Shown piece by piece: positions 19,375-29,453 of a stretch of 64,000 bases of DNA. Under the pieces are notes generated by a model. The model was not told the DNA's origin. It saw nothing but the letters and a program-made list of their open reading frames with translations, and searched no databases. The translations under genes and the position numbers were made by a program. Source of the DNA: Verrucomicrobiota bacterium (lineage in GTDB: Bacteria > Verrucomicrobiota > Verrucomicrobiia > Opitutales > Opitutaceae); NCBI GenBank assembly GCA_023428905.1, contig JAEYWP010000016.1, positions 232,454 through 296,453 of the forward strand, in the 5' to 3' direction. The first letter of the stretch is position 1. Each line of letters starts with the position of its first letter.

Positions 19375-20670
19375 TCAGGCCTGCGAAGGCGGGGGTACGT
19401 CCAGCCAGAAGGCGCAATGCACGGTGTTGCCCAGGCCGGGAATCGCTTCGAGCCAGGCGACGCCCCCGATCAGCTTCAACGCCATGGCGGGGATGGCGAG
19501 GGCGAGGTCGAGGTCGGGAAGGGCGGGTGTCTCCGACGGGCTGTCCCGAAACGCGCGATGGAAGCGTCGTTGGAGTTCCGGCGAAACGCCGTCCGAGGTG
19601 TCGCGGATGCCCACATGGATGTAGGCGCGGCCCCAGGCCTCCGAGAGTCGGTCACAGGTGATCTCCAGCTCGGTAGACGCAGACTGCTCCACCAGAAAGG
19701 TCAGCAGGCGTGACACGACCTGCCGAACGCGCGCGCTGTCGCCGATCAGTCGCCGGGGCACCTCTGGGCTGATGTCACACGTCAGGGTGGTGCCGCGTTC
19801 CCTTGCACGCTGGTCGATGGGCCGAAAGATCTCCGAAAGCAGTTCGCGGAAGTCGAAAGGGCGCGGGCTCGATTCGAGCGCACCCCCTTCCAGGTCGGAA
19901 AACTCGATCAGCTCGTCGATCGTCTGCAGGAGGGTTCCGGCGCAGGTGTGCATGGTCTGGAGGTAGCCCTGCTGCTCGGTTGAAAGGGGCGTGAGCGCCA
20001 GCACCTCGGCAAGGCCGACGATGCCGTTCATCGGCGTGCGGATCTGGTGCGAGATGTTACCGAAAAAGCGGACGCGGCTCCGCGAGGCGGCTTCCGCCAG
20101 GGCGCGAGCATGGCGCAGTTCGGCTTGGGTCCGAAGGCCTTCCACGATCTGAACCTGGAGCTGACGGTTGGCCTGGGCGAGTTCGCGCGTACGCTCCTCG
20201 ACTTTCGCTTCCAGGCCCGAGCGCGCCTGGCGCAGAGCCTCGGCCAGCCGGTGATGGTGGAGCGCCGCCCGGACGCTGATCTGAAGTTCGCGGTCGCGCA
20301 CGGGCTTTAAAATGTAGTTGAACGGCAGGGCTTCCCCGGCCCGCTCGGCGGTGGCGATATCCGTGTTGCCGGTCACGAAGATGATTCCCGGGCGGGCGTG
20401 CCGATGGATCTCATGGGCGACATGGATGCCGTCCAACTCGCCGTGAAGGCGGACGTCGAGGAGCACCACATCCGGTTTCAGACTGAGGGTGAGCCGAATG
20501 GCTTCGTCGCCGGAGCCGGTCACGCCCACCACCTCCAAGCCCAATGTCACCAGGCGGCGGCGCAGGTCCAGGGCGACGATCTGCTCGTCCTCGACAATCA
20601 GGATGCGGCCCGGAGCGGCAGGTGTCTGGGCTGGGGAGTCGGCGGGTTCAGCGGTGAGACGAGTTTCCAC
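19375..20670 (-). CDS. REC-HisKA protein with a degenerate ATP-binding domain (possible phosphotransfer or pseudo-kinase)
   Basis: Receiver (RILIVEDEQIVALDL…DVVLLDVRL), H-box ISHQIRTPMNGIVG. The G1/G2 boxes are degraded (DTSDG instead of DxGxG, no GxGLGL). Confidence 0.7.
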   Translation of the reverse strand: METRLTAEPADSPAQTPAAPGRILIVEDEQIVALDLRRRLVTLGLEVVGVTGSGDEAIRLTLSLKPDVVLLDVRLHGELDGIHVAHEIHRHARPGIIFVTGNTDIATAERAGEALPFNYILKPVRDRELQISVRAALHHHRLAEALRQARSGLEAKVEERTRELAQANRQLQVQIVEGLRTQAELRHARALAEAASRSRVRFFGNISHQIRTPMNGIVGLAEVLALTPLSTEQQGYLQTMHTCAGTLLQTIDELIEFSDLEGGALESSPRPFDFRELLSEIFRPIDQRARERGTTLTCDISPEVPRRLIGDSARVRQVVSRLLTFLVEQSASTELEITCDRLSEAWGRAYIHVGIRDTSDGVSPELQRRFHRAFRDSPSETPALPDLDLALAIPAMALKLIGGVAWLEAIPGLGNTVHCAFWLDVPPPSQA

Positions 20671-20794
20671 CCACTCAGCGTCTCAAAATGGCCCGTCCGA
20701 GATGTCACGGAAGTGTCAATTCCGGGTTCGCCGGGAGGGCAGGTTGACGCAAAGCCGCTTTTGTTTTGCTGGAAATGCGCCGAAGATCCTGAAC

Positions 20795-21493
20795 ATGAGC
20801 ACTCAAGCACGCATCCTGGTGGCGGACGACGATCCGGCCATGCGCGCCGGCATCAAGCTCTGCCTGGAGGGAGCTGGCTACCGGGTGCTTGAGGCGGAGG
20901 ATGGAGGCGTCGGCCTGCAGCGGACGCTGGAGGAAAAACCCGCGCTGGTGGTCCTGGACGTGATGATGCCCCGGCTGGACGGCGTGACCGCTGCTGCCGA
21001 GTTGAGGCGTCTCGGTGTGACCACACCGATCCTGATGCTGACCACGCGAATGGAGGTGGAGGATCGCGTGAGTGGCCTGTCCGCGGGGGCGGACGACTAC
21101 CTGGGCAAACCGTTTGACCGGCGGGAGCTGTTGGCCCGGGTCCAGGCTCTATTGCGCCGCGACCACCGGCAGGTGGCGAGCCGGCGCCTGCTTCGATTTA
21201 ATGCCGTGGTCGTCAACCTGGAGAACCGCACCGCCATCCGGGACGGTGTTCCGTTGGCGCTGACCCGTACGGAGTTTGCGCTGCTCGACCTGCTGGCGAA
21301 GCATTTGGATGCACCAGTCTCACGGGAGCAGATGCTGGATTCAGTCTGGGGATACACCTATTTTCCGTCGACCCGCACAGTCGACACCCACATCTGGCGC
21401 CTGCGCAAGAAGCTGGGCGACAGTGGCGATCAGCCGCGCTGGATTCAGAAGGCGCATGGCGAGGGTTATATACTGAGATGCACGGCGGAGTGA
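20795..21493 (+). CDS. OmpR-family response regulator (REC plus winged-helix Trans_reg_C). Start at the internal ATG (MSTQARILVADDD).
   Basis: Receiver motifs (ILVADDD, LVVLDVMMP, ADDYLGKPF) and C-terminal wHTH (…VWGYTYFPSTRTVDTHIWRLRKKLG); the ORF-track start at 20489 is an extension. Confidence 0.85.
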   Translation: MSTQARILVADDDPAMRAGIKLCLEGAGYRVLEAEDGGVGLQRTLEEKPALVVLDVMMPRLDGVTAAAELRRLGVTTPILMLTTRMEVEDRVSGLSAGADDYLGKPFDRRELLARVQALLRRDHRQVASRRLLRFNAVVVNLENRTAIRDGVPLALTRTEFALLDLLAKHLDAPVSREQMLDSVWGYTYFPSTRTVDTHIWRLRKKLGDSGDQPRWIQKAHGEGYILRCTAE

Positions 21494-23388
21494 TGCCTCT
21501 GTCCGGACCCGACGTCAGACCGGCCCCTCCCACCGAGTGGGTGCTCGCCCTGTTGCTGGCGTTGAACTTTGGTTGGACGACGTTGTGTCTCGGTGGCTAT
21601 CGCCCGGAGACGATGGTGTGGAGCTGGTCGTTCACGGCGGCGACGTTTGCGCTGCAGGTGGTCGGGTCCGCGTTTTCCGGGCAACGGATTCATCCGGCGA
21701 CGTGGCTGCCGGTGCCTTTCCTGGCCTACGTGGCGGCGAATGCGCTGTGGATCAGTCCGGTGGGCTGGCTCGCGGCCCGCGAGTGGCTCGGCTGGGCGCA
21801 GCTGGTGATGGTGTTTGTGATCGTGCTCAACGGCGTCCGCAGCCGCGGACCGCGCAAACTCCTCCTCGTGTCCCTCGTCAGTGTTGCGGTGATCACCGTG
21901 ATCCTCGCCGGGTACCAACGGTTTCTCTGGCCCGACTGGCTGCCGACGGGCCGAAAGCAGGTCCCACAGTTTCTCACCCGTAGCAGCGGTCCTTTTGGAA
22001 TTCCCAACAGCCTGGCGGCGCTCCTGGTCGTGCTGATACCGCCCATGCTTGCCCTCGCCCTGCAGCGCGGTGCCACGGCGTTCCAGCGCATCCTCGCCGG
22101 GTACGTGGCAGCGGTGCTGCTGTTTGGACTCGGACTGACAATCAGCAGGGGAGGATGGTTCGCCTTGCTGGGGGCGCTGTTGCTTTGGCCCCTCTGCGTG
22201 CGCGAGAAAAGCTGGGAGTGGCGCCTGACGCTATCCGTGTTTGCCCTGGCCCTGGCCGTTTTTGCCGGATGGGTGACCTACGCTTCGGTGCCGCGGGTGA
22301 AACACCGTTTCGACGCGATGGTGCGCGACATGGGGGAGCGCTCCCGACCGGTGATGTGGACGGTCGCAGGCCGGCTTTTCCTGGAGGCTCCGGCGCTGGG
22401 AACGGGAACGGCCAGTTACAACGTGTTGTTTGAAAAACACCGCCCCGCGCATTTTCGGGACGAGCCGCAGTGGGCGCATAATGACTACCTCAATCTTCTC
22501 AGTGACCACGGGCTGGTCGGCTTTGTCCTCGCCTTCGGCGCGTGCGCCTGGGGCCTGACCCGCTGTATCCGCGGACCGGGTATGCCTCCGGGGACGGGGG
22601 ACTCTGCAACCGGGTGGGCCGGCCGGGGTGTGACGCGCGCCCTCGGGGTCGGCCTCGCCGGTTTTGGCCTCGCGCTCCTCACCGACTTTCACCTGCGCAT
22701 CCCGTCGCTCGGCATGTTGGCCGCGCTGGTCTCCGCCGAAGTCATCCTGAGGTTGTGGCAGCCCCCAGCGCCCGGCGCGGCCGGAGTGGGGCGAACGCTC
22801 GGCGCGATGGTGGGGGTGCTGGCCGTCGCGACGCTGCTCCTCGGCCTGGCCCTTCCCACCTATCGGGGTGAAGCGCGGCGTTATGCCGCCCGCCAGGCGA
22901 TCGACCGACTGGCGGGGCTTCGTCAACCGGACCTCACGACGCAGCGCGACGTCCTAACCCGAGCGTCGAAGGCGCTGGCGGAGGCCACCGCGATCGATCC
23001 GCGCAATGCTCAAGCGTGGGCGGACCGCGCCTACACCGCAGCCCTGTGGTCGCGCGTCGCACGCATCCGCGCGAACGACCTTGGCCGGGAGGCGGAGGCC
23101 TACGCCCGCGAGGCGCTGGCGCGTTCCGAAGCGGTGCCCGAGTTTTGGGTGCGCCTGGGAGTTGCCCTGGACCTTCAGGGAAAGTGGGGGGAGGCCACAC
23201 CTGCCTTTACCGAGGCGATTGCCCGGGCTCCTTCTGCTATAACCGTCTGGTATTATTATGCTTACCACCTCAGCCTGACCCCGGCCACCCGCGCCCTCGC
23301 CGTTTCGGCCACCCAGCGTGTGCTCCGGCTTGATCCAGGCTATCAACCTGCAATAACGTTGCAACAGGCTCTAGTTTCCGCACGCTAA
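21493..23388 (+). CDS. Polytopic membrane protein with an O-antigen ligase/Wzy_C-like domain and C-terminal TPR repeats
   Basis: About 10 TM helices, Wzy_C-like loop (ISRGGWFALLGALLLW), C-terminal TPR-like helical repeats; start overlaps the regulator stop (TGATG). Confidence 0.6.
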   Translation: MPLSGPDVRPAPPTEWVLALLLALNFGWTTLCLGGYRPETMVWSWSFTAATFALQVVGSAFSGQRIHPATWLPVPFLAYVAANALWISPVGWLAAREWLGWAQLVMVFVIVLNGVRSRGPRKLLLVSLVSVAVITVILAGYQRFLWPDWLPTGRKQVPQFLTRSSGPFGIPNSLAALLVVLIPPMLALALQRGATAFQRILAGYVAAVLLFGLGLTISRGGWFALLGALLLWPLCVREKSWEWRLTLSVFALALAVFAGWVTYASVPRVKHRFDAMVRDMGERSRPVMWTVAGRLFLEAPALGTGTASYNVLFEKHRPAHFRDEPQWAHNDYLNLLSDHGLVGFVLAFGACAWGLTRCIRGPGMPPGTGDSATGWAGRGVTRALGVGLAGFGLALLTDFHLRIPSLGMLAALVSAEVILRLWQPPAPGAAGVGRTLGAMVGVLAVATLLLGLALPTYRGEARRYAARQAIDRLAGLRQPDLTTQRDVLTRASKALAEATAIDPRNAQAWADRAYTAALWSRVARIRANDLGREAEAYAREALARSEAVPEFWVRLGVALDLQGKWGEATPAFTEAIARAPSAITVWYYYAYHLSLTPATRALAVSATQRVLRLDPGYQPAITLQQALVSAR

Positions 23389-23408
23389 GCTCAAACCCAC
23401 TCCCAGCC

Positions 23409-24359
23409 ATGCTCCGTTCCTCCTCCCTTTTTCTCCTCTGGCTCGCGGTGTTGTGTGGCCTCACGGTCTTCAGTGCGGCCCAGCCTGTCGACGCGCCTCG
23501 CACCCCGCGCGGTGTCATCAAGGTCGGCCGGATTGTCGGCGAGGTGACCGTGACCGACCTGGCGACGTCGCTCCGAGCGCGGCTGGGGCCCAACAGCCTG
23601 GTGGTGGACGGGCAGGTGGTGGAGACGGGGCCGAACGCGAGTGTGGTCCTTGTCCTTTCCAATGGCGCCGTGGTCAACGTGCGCGGCGATTCCCGCCTGG
23701 AAGTGAGCCAGTTTCTGCAGAATCCCTTTTCCAACGCCTATCGGGTCAGCGAGGCGACGGCCGAGCCCAGCACCTCGCAGACGCGCCTCGTTCTTCGCAA
23801 GGGCGAGATCATCTCGCAGGTGAAGAAGCTGAACCGCGAGGCGGGCTCGTCCTTCACCGTCGAGACCGCAGTGGGCGCCGCCGGCATCCGCGGGACCGCG
23901 TTCCGTATTCGTTTTGATCGTACCGGGGCGGCGGGCCGTTTTGTTCTCTCCATGGCCGAGGGCCTGATTCAATTTGTGCCGACGCAGGGCAGGCCGGTCG
24001 AGGTACCGGCTGGACGCCAACTCGGTTTTGCCGCGCAGTTCCAGGCGGCAGGCGATCGCGTGGACTCCATGCCCGCAACGCTCGCCACCGCCGAGGTTGG
24101 CGCGGCGGAGTTTGCCGGTCTCCAGGGCGTGGTGGCCGAGACCGTCGGGGCGGCGGTCAACGTGCAGTTCACGCCGTTGGCCCAGACTTCTCCCGGAGGT
24201 TTTTCGGTCGCCGCCGCCGGCACGCCGACCGCGGAAGAACCATTCCTCTCTGCCGCGCCCGAGCCCGAGGTTGCCGCCCCCGCGGCTGGCACCGGTGCGC
24301 TGGCGTCGCCCGCGCCGCTTCCGCCCCCCAGTCGGGTCACGCCGGCTGACGGCGAATAA
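23409..24359 (+). CDS. Secreted FecR-domain protein with an Ala/Pro-rich C-terminal tail
   Basis: Signal peptide; FecR-like beta region (VVNVRGDSRLEVSQF…FTVETAVGAAGIRGTAFRI). Confidence 0.6.
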   Translation: MLRSSSLFLLWLAVLCGLTVFSAAQPVDAPRTPRGVIKVGRIVGEVTVTDLATSLRARLGPNSLVVDGQVVETGPNASVVLVLSNGAVVNVRGDSRLEVSQFLQNPFSNAYRVSEATAEPSTSQTRLVLRKGEIISQVKKLNREAGSSFTVETAVGAAGIRGTAFRIRFDRTGAAGRFVLSMAEGLIQFVPTQGRPVEVPAGRQLGFAAQFQAAGDRVDSMPATLATAEVGAAEFAGLQGVVAETVGAAVNVQFTPLAQTSPGGFSVAAAGTPTAEEPFLSAAPEPEVAAPAAGTGALASPAPLPPPSRVTPADGE

Positions 24360-24417
24360 TCGGCGGCGGGGCACCGCCCACACTCCGGGCTGGCGGTGTC
24401 GTGACTGAGTCCCTACG

Positions 24418-26667
24418 TTGGCCCGCGTGGCTAGCCCCAAGCAGCTGACGAAAGTCTGGTGGTTGTTACTCCTGCCCCTGCCCGCGCTTTGGTGCGCGGC
24501 GAACGTTGCCCACTGGCTCGATTTCCTGGAGCACCGGCTGCTGGACTGGCGCTTTCGTGCCCGCGGGGAACTTCAGGCTCCGATCACCGTGGCGTATGTG
24601 GACATGGATTCGGACTCCATCACCGACCTGGGCGAAGACCCTTGGGACCGCGGGTATTTTGCAGAGGTCTCCGATGCGTTGCTAAAGGCGGGCGGCGTGC
24701 GAGCCGTGGGGATCGACCTGGTTTTTTCCCTGAAGGGGCAGCCCGAGCTGCTGGACACCGAGCGTTTTGAGGCGGGCAATCGCCGGCTGGCGCAGCTGCT
24801 CTTCGACGGACCTCCGATCGTGCTGGCGGCGGGTTATGCCGCGGCGGAGGACCGCGACATCAACGGCAATCGCATCGTGCGAACCCTGCCGAGGCCGGGG
24901 GCCGGGGAGGCGGAGGCGCACCCGCCGGAGCTTCCGGAGTTCCGGGCGGGGCCGGACACCGTGCTCAATCCGCCCAACGTCGGCCTGATCGACACCCATG
25001 AGGGAGGCACCCGCCGCGTTCCTCTTTTCGCCCGGGCGGGTGGCCGCACCTATTACCACATGGCGGTGCAGCTGGCGCGTCTGTACTGGGGCCTGCCCGA
25101 GAGTCAGGTTCAGGTTTCGGATACGCACCTGGAGATCAAGGCCCGCGACGGCGCCCTGCGCGCGCGTGTGCCGCTGATCGACGGACAGACCGTCGAGGTC
25201 AACTGGTTTTCCCGCTGGAGTTCTCCGCGCCACAATCCGCGTGCCAGTTTTGTGGAGGCCCTGGTGTATGCGCGGCATCTGGACTCGGCGGACCCGGGTG
25301 AACAAGCCGCGGCCCGCGCGTTTTTCGAACAGTTTCGAGACAGTGTGGTGCTGATCGGGCCGGTCGACCCTTTGTTGCAGGACATCGCGCCCACACCGCT
25401 GGACCCTCAGCCCGTACCGCGGGTGGGTATCCATGGGAACCTCCTGAAGACTCTCGTCTCGGGCCTTTACCTGCAACGCCTCTCGCCCGTGGCGGAGGCG
25501 GGTGTGATCTTCGGCCTCACCGCAGCGGTCTGCGCCTTGGCGGTGGGTTTTGGCCGGGGTACCCGGCGCGGCTGGATGCGGCTTGGATCGGTCATTGTCC
25601 TGGGCACCTACGCGGCCCTTTGCTTTTGGGTTTTTTCGCGCTGGCACTGGGTTTTGCCCATGGCCGCCCCCCTGGGAGCCGCCTTCACCACCAGCTTTGC
25701 GGCGGTCGCCTGGCAGCTGGCGCGGGAGGAGAAACAGAAGGGGCGGATCAAATCGATGTTCGGCACCTATGTCTCGCCCCAGCTGGTCAACCGCATGGTC
25801 GAGTCCGGAGAGGATCCGAAGCTCGGCGGCGCCGAGGTGGAAATCACGGCGTATTTCAGCGACATCCAGGACTTCTCCTCCTTCTCTGAAAAGATGACGC
25901 CGCCGCAGGTGGTGGAGTTGATGAATGAATACCTGACGGCCTGCACCGATCTGATCACCGCGGAGGGGGGGACGCTCGACAAATACATCGGCGACGCGGT
26001 GGTCGCGATGTTCGGGGCGCCGGTGGCGTTGAGTGACCACGCCTACCGGGCCTGCCATAGTGCCATCGCCGTCCAGCAGCGGCTGATCGAGCTCAGGCGC
26101 AAGTGGAGCGCCGAGGCGGACCGCTGGCCCGCCAGCGTCGGGCGGATGAGGATGCGGATCGGCCTGAACACCGGTGCGGCGGTGGTGGGCAACATGGGCT
26201 CCCTGACACGTTTCAACTACACCATGATGGGCGACGCGGTGAACCTGGCGGCGCGCCTCGAGAGCGCGGCCAAGGTGTATGGGGCGGGAACGCTGGTGAC
26301 GGAGATGACGCGGCGCGCCTGCGAACTCCATGGCGCGTCCTTCCTTTTCCGCTACATCGATCGCCTGGTGGTGAAGGGCCGCACTCAGCCGGTGGAGATT
26401 TACGAGCTTCTGGGACGAAAGGCGGACCTGCGGCCGGAGACGCGCCAGTGCGTGGACGTCTTCGAGGAGGCGATGGCCTTGTACCTCAGGAGGGAGTGGG
26501 GGGAGGCGCGGAAGGGTTTTGCCCGGTCGGCGAAGCTCGAGCCCGGCCAGGCGGATTTTCCGGGAGAATCGACCGCATCCACCGTGTATTTGGAACGGTG
26601 CGACCAGCTGATCGCCCACCCGCCCGGGCCGGAGTGGGACGGCGTGTGGCGACTGGCGTCGAAGTGA
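24418..26667 (+). CDS. CHASE2-domain membrane adenylate/guanylate cyclase (class III)
   Basis: N-terminal TM plus periplasmic CHASE2-like domain, about 3 TM helices, C-terminal class III cyclase core (FSDIQDFSSFSE…KYIGDAVVAMFGAP…GLNTGAAVVGNMGS). Confidence 0.85.
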   Translation: MARVASPKQLTKVWWLLLLPLPALWCAANVAHWLDFLEHRLLDWRFRARGELQAPITVAYVDMDSDSITDLGEDPWDRGYFAEVSDALLKAGGVRAVGIDLVFSLKGQPELLDTERFEAGNRRLAQLLFDGPPIVLAAGYAAAEDRDINGNRIVRTLPRPGAGEAEAHPPELPEFRAGPDTVLNPPNVGLIDTHEGGTRRVPLFARAGGRTYYHMAVQLARLYWGLPESQVQVSDTHLEIKARDGALRARVPLIDGQTVEVNWFSRWSSPRHNPRASFVEALVYARHLDSADPGEQAAARAFFEQFRDSVVLIGPVDPLLQDIAPTPLDPQPVPRVGIHGNLLKTLVSGLYLQRLSPVAEAGVIFGLTAAVCALAVGFGRGTRRGWMRLGSVIVLGTYAALCFWVFSRWHWVLPMAAPLGAAFTTSFAAVAWQLAREEKQKGRIKSMFGTYVSPQLVNRMVESGEDPKLGGAEVEITAYFSDIQDFSSFSEKMTPPQVVELMNEYLTACTDLITAEGGTLDKYIGDAVVAMFGAPVALSDHAYRACHSAIAVQQRLIELRRKWSAEADRWPASVGRMRMRIGLNTGAAVVGNMGSLTRFNYTMMGDAVNLAARLESAAKVYGAGTLVTEMTRRACELHGASFLFRYIDRLVVKGRTQPVEIYELLGRKADLRPETRQCVDVFEEAMALYLRREWGEARKGFARSAKLEPGQADFPGESTASTVYLERCDQLIAHPPGPEWDGVWRLASK

Positions 26668-26735
26668 GCGGGAGGCGCAAAAAAGGCGCGGCCGGCTGAG
26701 CGGGCGCGCCTGAAGGGAGGAAACGTGGTGGCGGG

Positions 26736-28511
26736 TTACTTCAGGATCATGTCCTTCACCGTCCGCCCGGCCGGGATCATCGGCAGCACGTGCTCGGTGT
26801 AGGGCACCACCACGTCGAGGACAAAGGGACCGTCGTGGTCGAGCATCTCCTGGATGGCATCGCGGAGTTCGCTCTTCTTGATCACACGCCGACCCTTGAC
26901 GCCGAAACCCTCGGCGATCTTGACGAAGTCCGGATAGAGCGCGGAGGGGTTCTCCGGGCCGCCGACATTGGTCTCGTCGCCGAGGATGGTGTTGCCGCGC
27001 ACGCTGCCGTAAAAGCGGTCCTCCCACTGCACGACCATGCCCAGGTGCTGGTTGTTCAGGATCATCGCCTTGGCGGCGATCTTCTCGATCTTGGCGGTGG
27101 CCAACTCCTGGATGTTCATTACGAAGGAGCCGTCACCGTCGATGTCGATCACCTGCTTGTCCGGGCACGCGACCTTGGCGCCAAGCGCGGCCGGGTAACC
27201 GTAACCCATCGCGCCCAGCCCGAGGGAGCTGATGTAGCGGCGGGGTTCGTCAAAGTTGTAGAACTGCGCCGCCCACATCTGGTGCTGGCCCACGCCGGTG
27301 GTGATGATGGCCTCGCCCTTGGTCAGCTCGTAGAGGGCACGCACCGCCTCCTGGGGGACGATGTGCTTGCTTTCCTCGTACCGGAAGGGCTGCTCCTTCT
27401 TCCACTGGTTGATCTGGTCGTGCCAGATGCGCGTGTCCGGTGCGGTGAAGCGGTTGGCCGCAATCAGCTCGTTCAGGCGCGCCAGGGCATGCTTGATGTC
27501 GGAGCGGATTGGATACGGGACGCGTTTGTTCTTGTTGTGCTCGGACGCGTCGATGTCGATGTGGACGATCGTCGCGCCGGCCGCGAACTTGCTGACGTCG
27601 CCCGTGATGCGGTCGTCGAAGCGGGCACCAAAGCAGAGCAGCAGGTCGGACTGGTCGACCGCCCAGTTGCCATAGGCGGTGCCGTGCATCCCGAACCACT
27701 TCATCGAAAGCGGGTGGGTTTCCGGGAAGGCGCCCACGCCCATCAGGGTGGTGGCCACCGGGATGTTGGTCTTTTCCGCAAAGGTCTTCAGGTCACCGTG
27801 GGCCTCGGCGCTGATCACGCCACCGCCCACGTAGAGGACCGGGCGCTTGGCTTCGGCGATGAGGCCGAGCACGGTCTTGAGCTGCTCGTCCGTGGCCTGC
27901 ACCCGCTCGCTGATCAGGGGATTGCGGAACTCCACCGTGGCGGGGAACACCGGGGTGAAGCGCGACTGCTGCACATCCTTCGGGATGTCGATCACCACCG
28001 GGCCGGGACGGCCGCTGCGGGCGAGGTGGAACGCCTCCTTGAAGACACGCGGCAGGTCGTGGACGTTCAGCACCAGGTAGGAGTGCTTCACGATCGGCAG
28101 GGTCATGCCAAAGAAGTCGGTCTCCTGGAAGGCGCTCTTGCCAATGTACTTTGAATACACCTGGCCTGTGATCGCCACCATCGGGGTGGAGTCCATGTAG
28201 GCGTCGGCAATGGCCGACACCAGGTTGGTGGCGCCGGGACCGCTCGTCGCCATGCACACGCCGACCTTGCCGGTGGAGCGGGCATAACCTTCGGCGGCAA
28301 AGGAGCCGCCCTGCTCATGGCGCGGGAGAATGGTGCGGATGCGGTCCGTCCGCGCCAGGGATTGGTGGAGCTCCTGCGAGGCACCGCCCGGGTACGCAAA
28401 AATGACGTCGACACCTTCCCGAATCAGGCACTCGACGACGCAGTCGGAGCCTTTCATTTCTTTGCCGATTTCGGGCTGCGGAAACGAGGTGGGCGAGGTG
28501 GAGGATTTCAT
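26736..28511 (-). CDS. ilvB: Acetolactate synthase large subunit-like ThDP enzyme. The start may be the internal Met at about 28457.
   Basis: ThDP-binding N-terminal, central and PP domains (…[11 protein letters not shown]…[14 protein letters not shown]…[15 protein letters not shown]…); no small-subunit gene adjacent. Confidence 0.8.
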   Translation of the reverse strand: MKSSTSPTSFPQPEIGKEMKGSDCVVECLIREGVDVIFAYPGGASQELHQSLARTDRIRTILPRHEQGGSFAAEGYARSTGKVGVCMATSGPGATNLVSAIADAYMDSTPMVAITGQVYSKYIGKSAFQETDFFGMTLPIVKHSYLVLNVHDLPRVFKEAFHLARSGRPGPVVIDIPKDVQQSRFTPVFPATVEFRNPLISERVQATDEQLKTVLGLIAEAKRPVLYVGGGVISAEAHGDLKTFAEKTNIPVATTLMGVGAFPETHPLSMKWFGMHGTAYGNWAVDQSDLLLCFGARFDDRITGDVSKFAAGATIVHIDIDASEHNKNKRVPYPIRSDIKHALARLNELIAANRFTAPDTRIWHDQINQWKKEQPFRYEESKHIVPQEAVRALYELTKGEAIITTGVGQHQMWAAQFYNFDEPRRYISSLGLGAMGYGYPAALGAKVACPDKQVIDIDGDGSFVMNIQELATAKIEKIAAKAMILNNQHLGMVVQWEDRFYGSVRGNTILGDETNVGGPENPSALYPDFVKIAEGFGVKGRRVIKKSELRDAIQEMLDHDGPFVLDVVVPYTEHVLPMIPAGRTVKDMILK

Positions 28512-28642
28512 GGGCGGTTCCTTATGGGAAAAAGAAGCCGAGAAGATGGCGCCGGGTCGAGGGGAGGCAAGCGTGGAAAACGTGGACGGACGCTCGCCAA
28601 CTCCACAGTTGCCACACCCGTCCGGGCGGCGAGTCTGGCCCG

Positions 28643-29431
28643 ATGCTTAAGTTTTTGTTCATTGGCGACATTGTTGGGCGGCCTGGTCGCGAGATCATCA
28701 TGGAGCGGCTTCCGCGGGTGCGCAGTGAGCACGGCATCGACTTCGTCATCGCCAATGGCGAAAACGCCGCCGCGGGGGCGGGCATCACCGGCACGATTGC
28801 CAAGTCGTTGCTGGCGTCGGGGATCGATGCGCTCACGCTGGGCGACCACGTGTGGGACCAGAAAGGCTGGGAAAGCGAAATCAATGGATTCGAAAAAGTC
28901 TGCCGGCCCGCCAACCTCCCGACGGTGTGCCCGGGCCGCGACCATGTCGTGCTGGAGGCGAAGGGCTTTCGCCTGGGAATCTTCACCGTCGTCGGCCGCC
29001 AGTTCATCGGCATGAAGTCCGACTGCCCCTTCCTCTGTGCTGATCGGATGTTGGGCCAGCTGGACGGGCGCGCCGATGCCACGTTGGTGGAGATTCACGC
29101 GGAGGCCACGTCGGAAAAGCAGGCGTTGGGCTGGCACCTGGATGGACGCGCCCTGGCGGTTCTTGGCACGCATACCCACGTGCCGACGGCGGATGCGGCG
29201 GTGCTGCCCGGCGGGACCGCCTTCATGTGCGATGTCGGCATGACCGGTCCCTATGGCTCGGTGATCGGCCGCGAGGTGAAGCCGGTGATCGGCCGCTTCC
29301 TCGACGGCATGCCCCGCAAGTTGGACGTGGCGGAGGGCGATGTGCGCATCTCCGCCGCGCTGGTGGAATTTGATCCCACCACGCGGAAGGCGACCAAGTG
29401 CGAACTTCTCACCATCCGGCGCAACCGCTGA
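28643..29431 (+). CDS. ymdB: YmdB-family metallophosphoesterase (2',3'-cyclic-nucleotide phosphodiesterase-like)
   Basis: [16 protein letters not shown]…[15 protein letters not shown], typical 262 aa. Confidence 0.8.
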   Translation: MLKFLFIGDIVGRPGREIIMERLPRVRSEHGIDFVIANGENAAAGAGITGTIAKSLLASGIDALTLGDHVWDQKGWESEINGFEKVCRPANLPTVCPGRDHVVLEAKGFRLGIFTVVGRQFIGMKSDCPFLCADRMLGQLDGRADATLVEIHAEATSEKQALGWHLDGRALAVLGTHTHVPTADAAVLPGGTAFMCDVGMTGPYGSVIGREVKPVIGRFLDGMPRKLDVAEGDVRISAALVEFDPTTRKATKCELLTIRRNR

Positions 29432-29453
29432 CGCGGGCGCGACCGCCCAGGAC

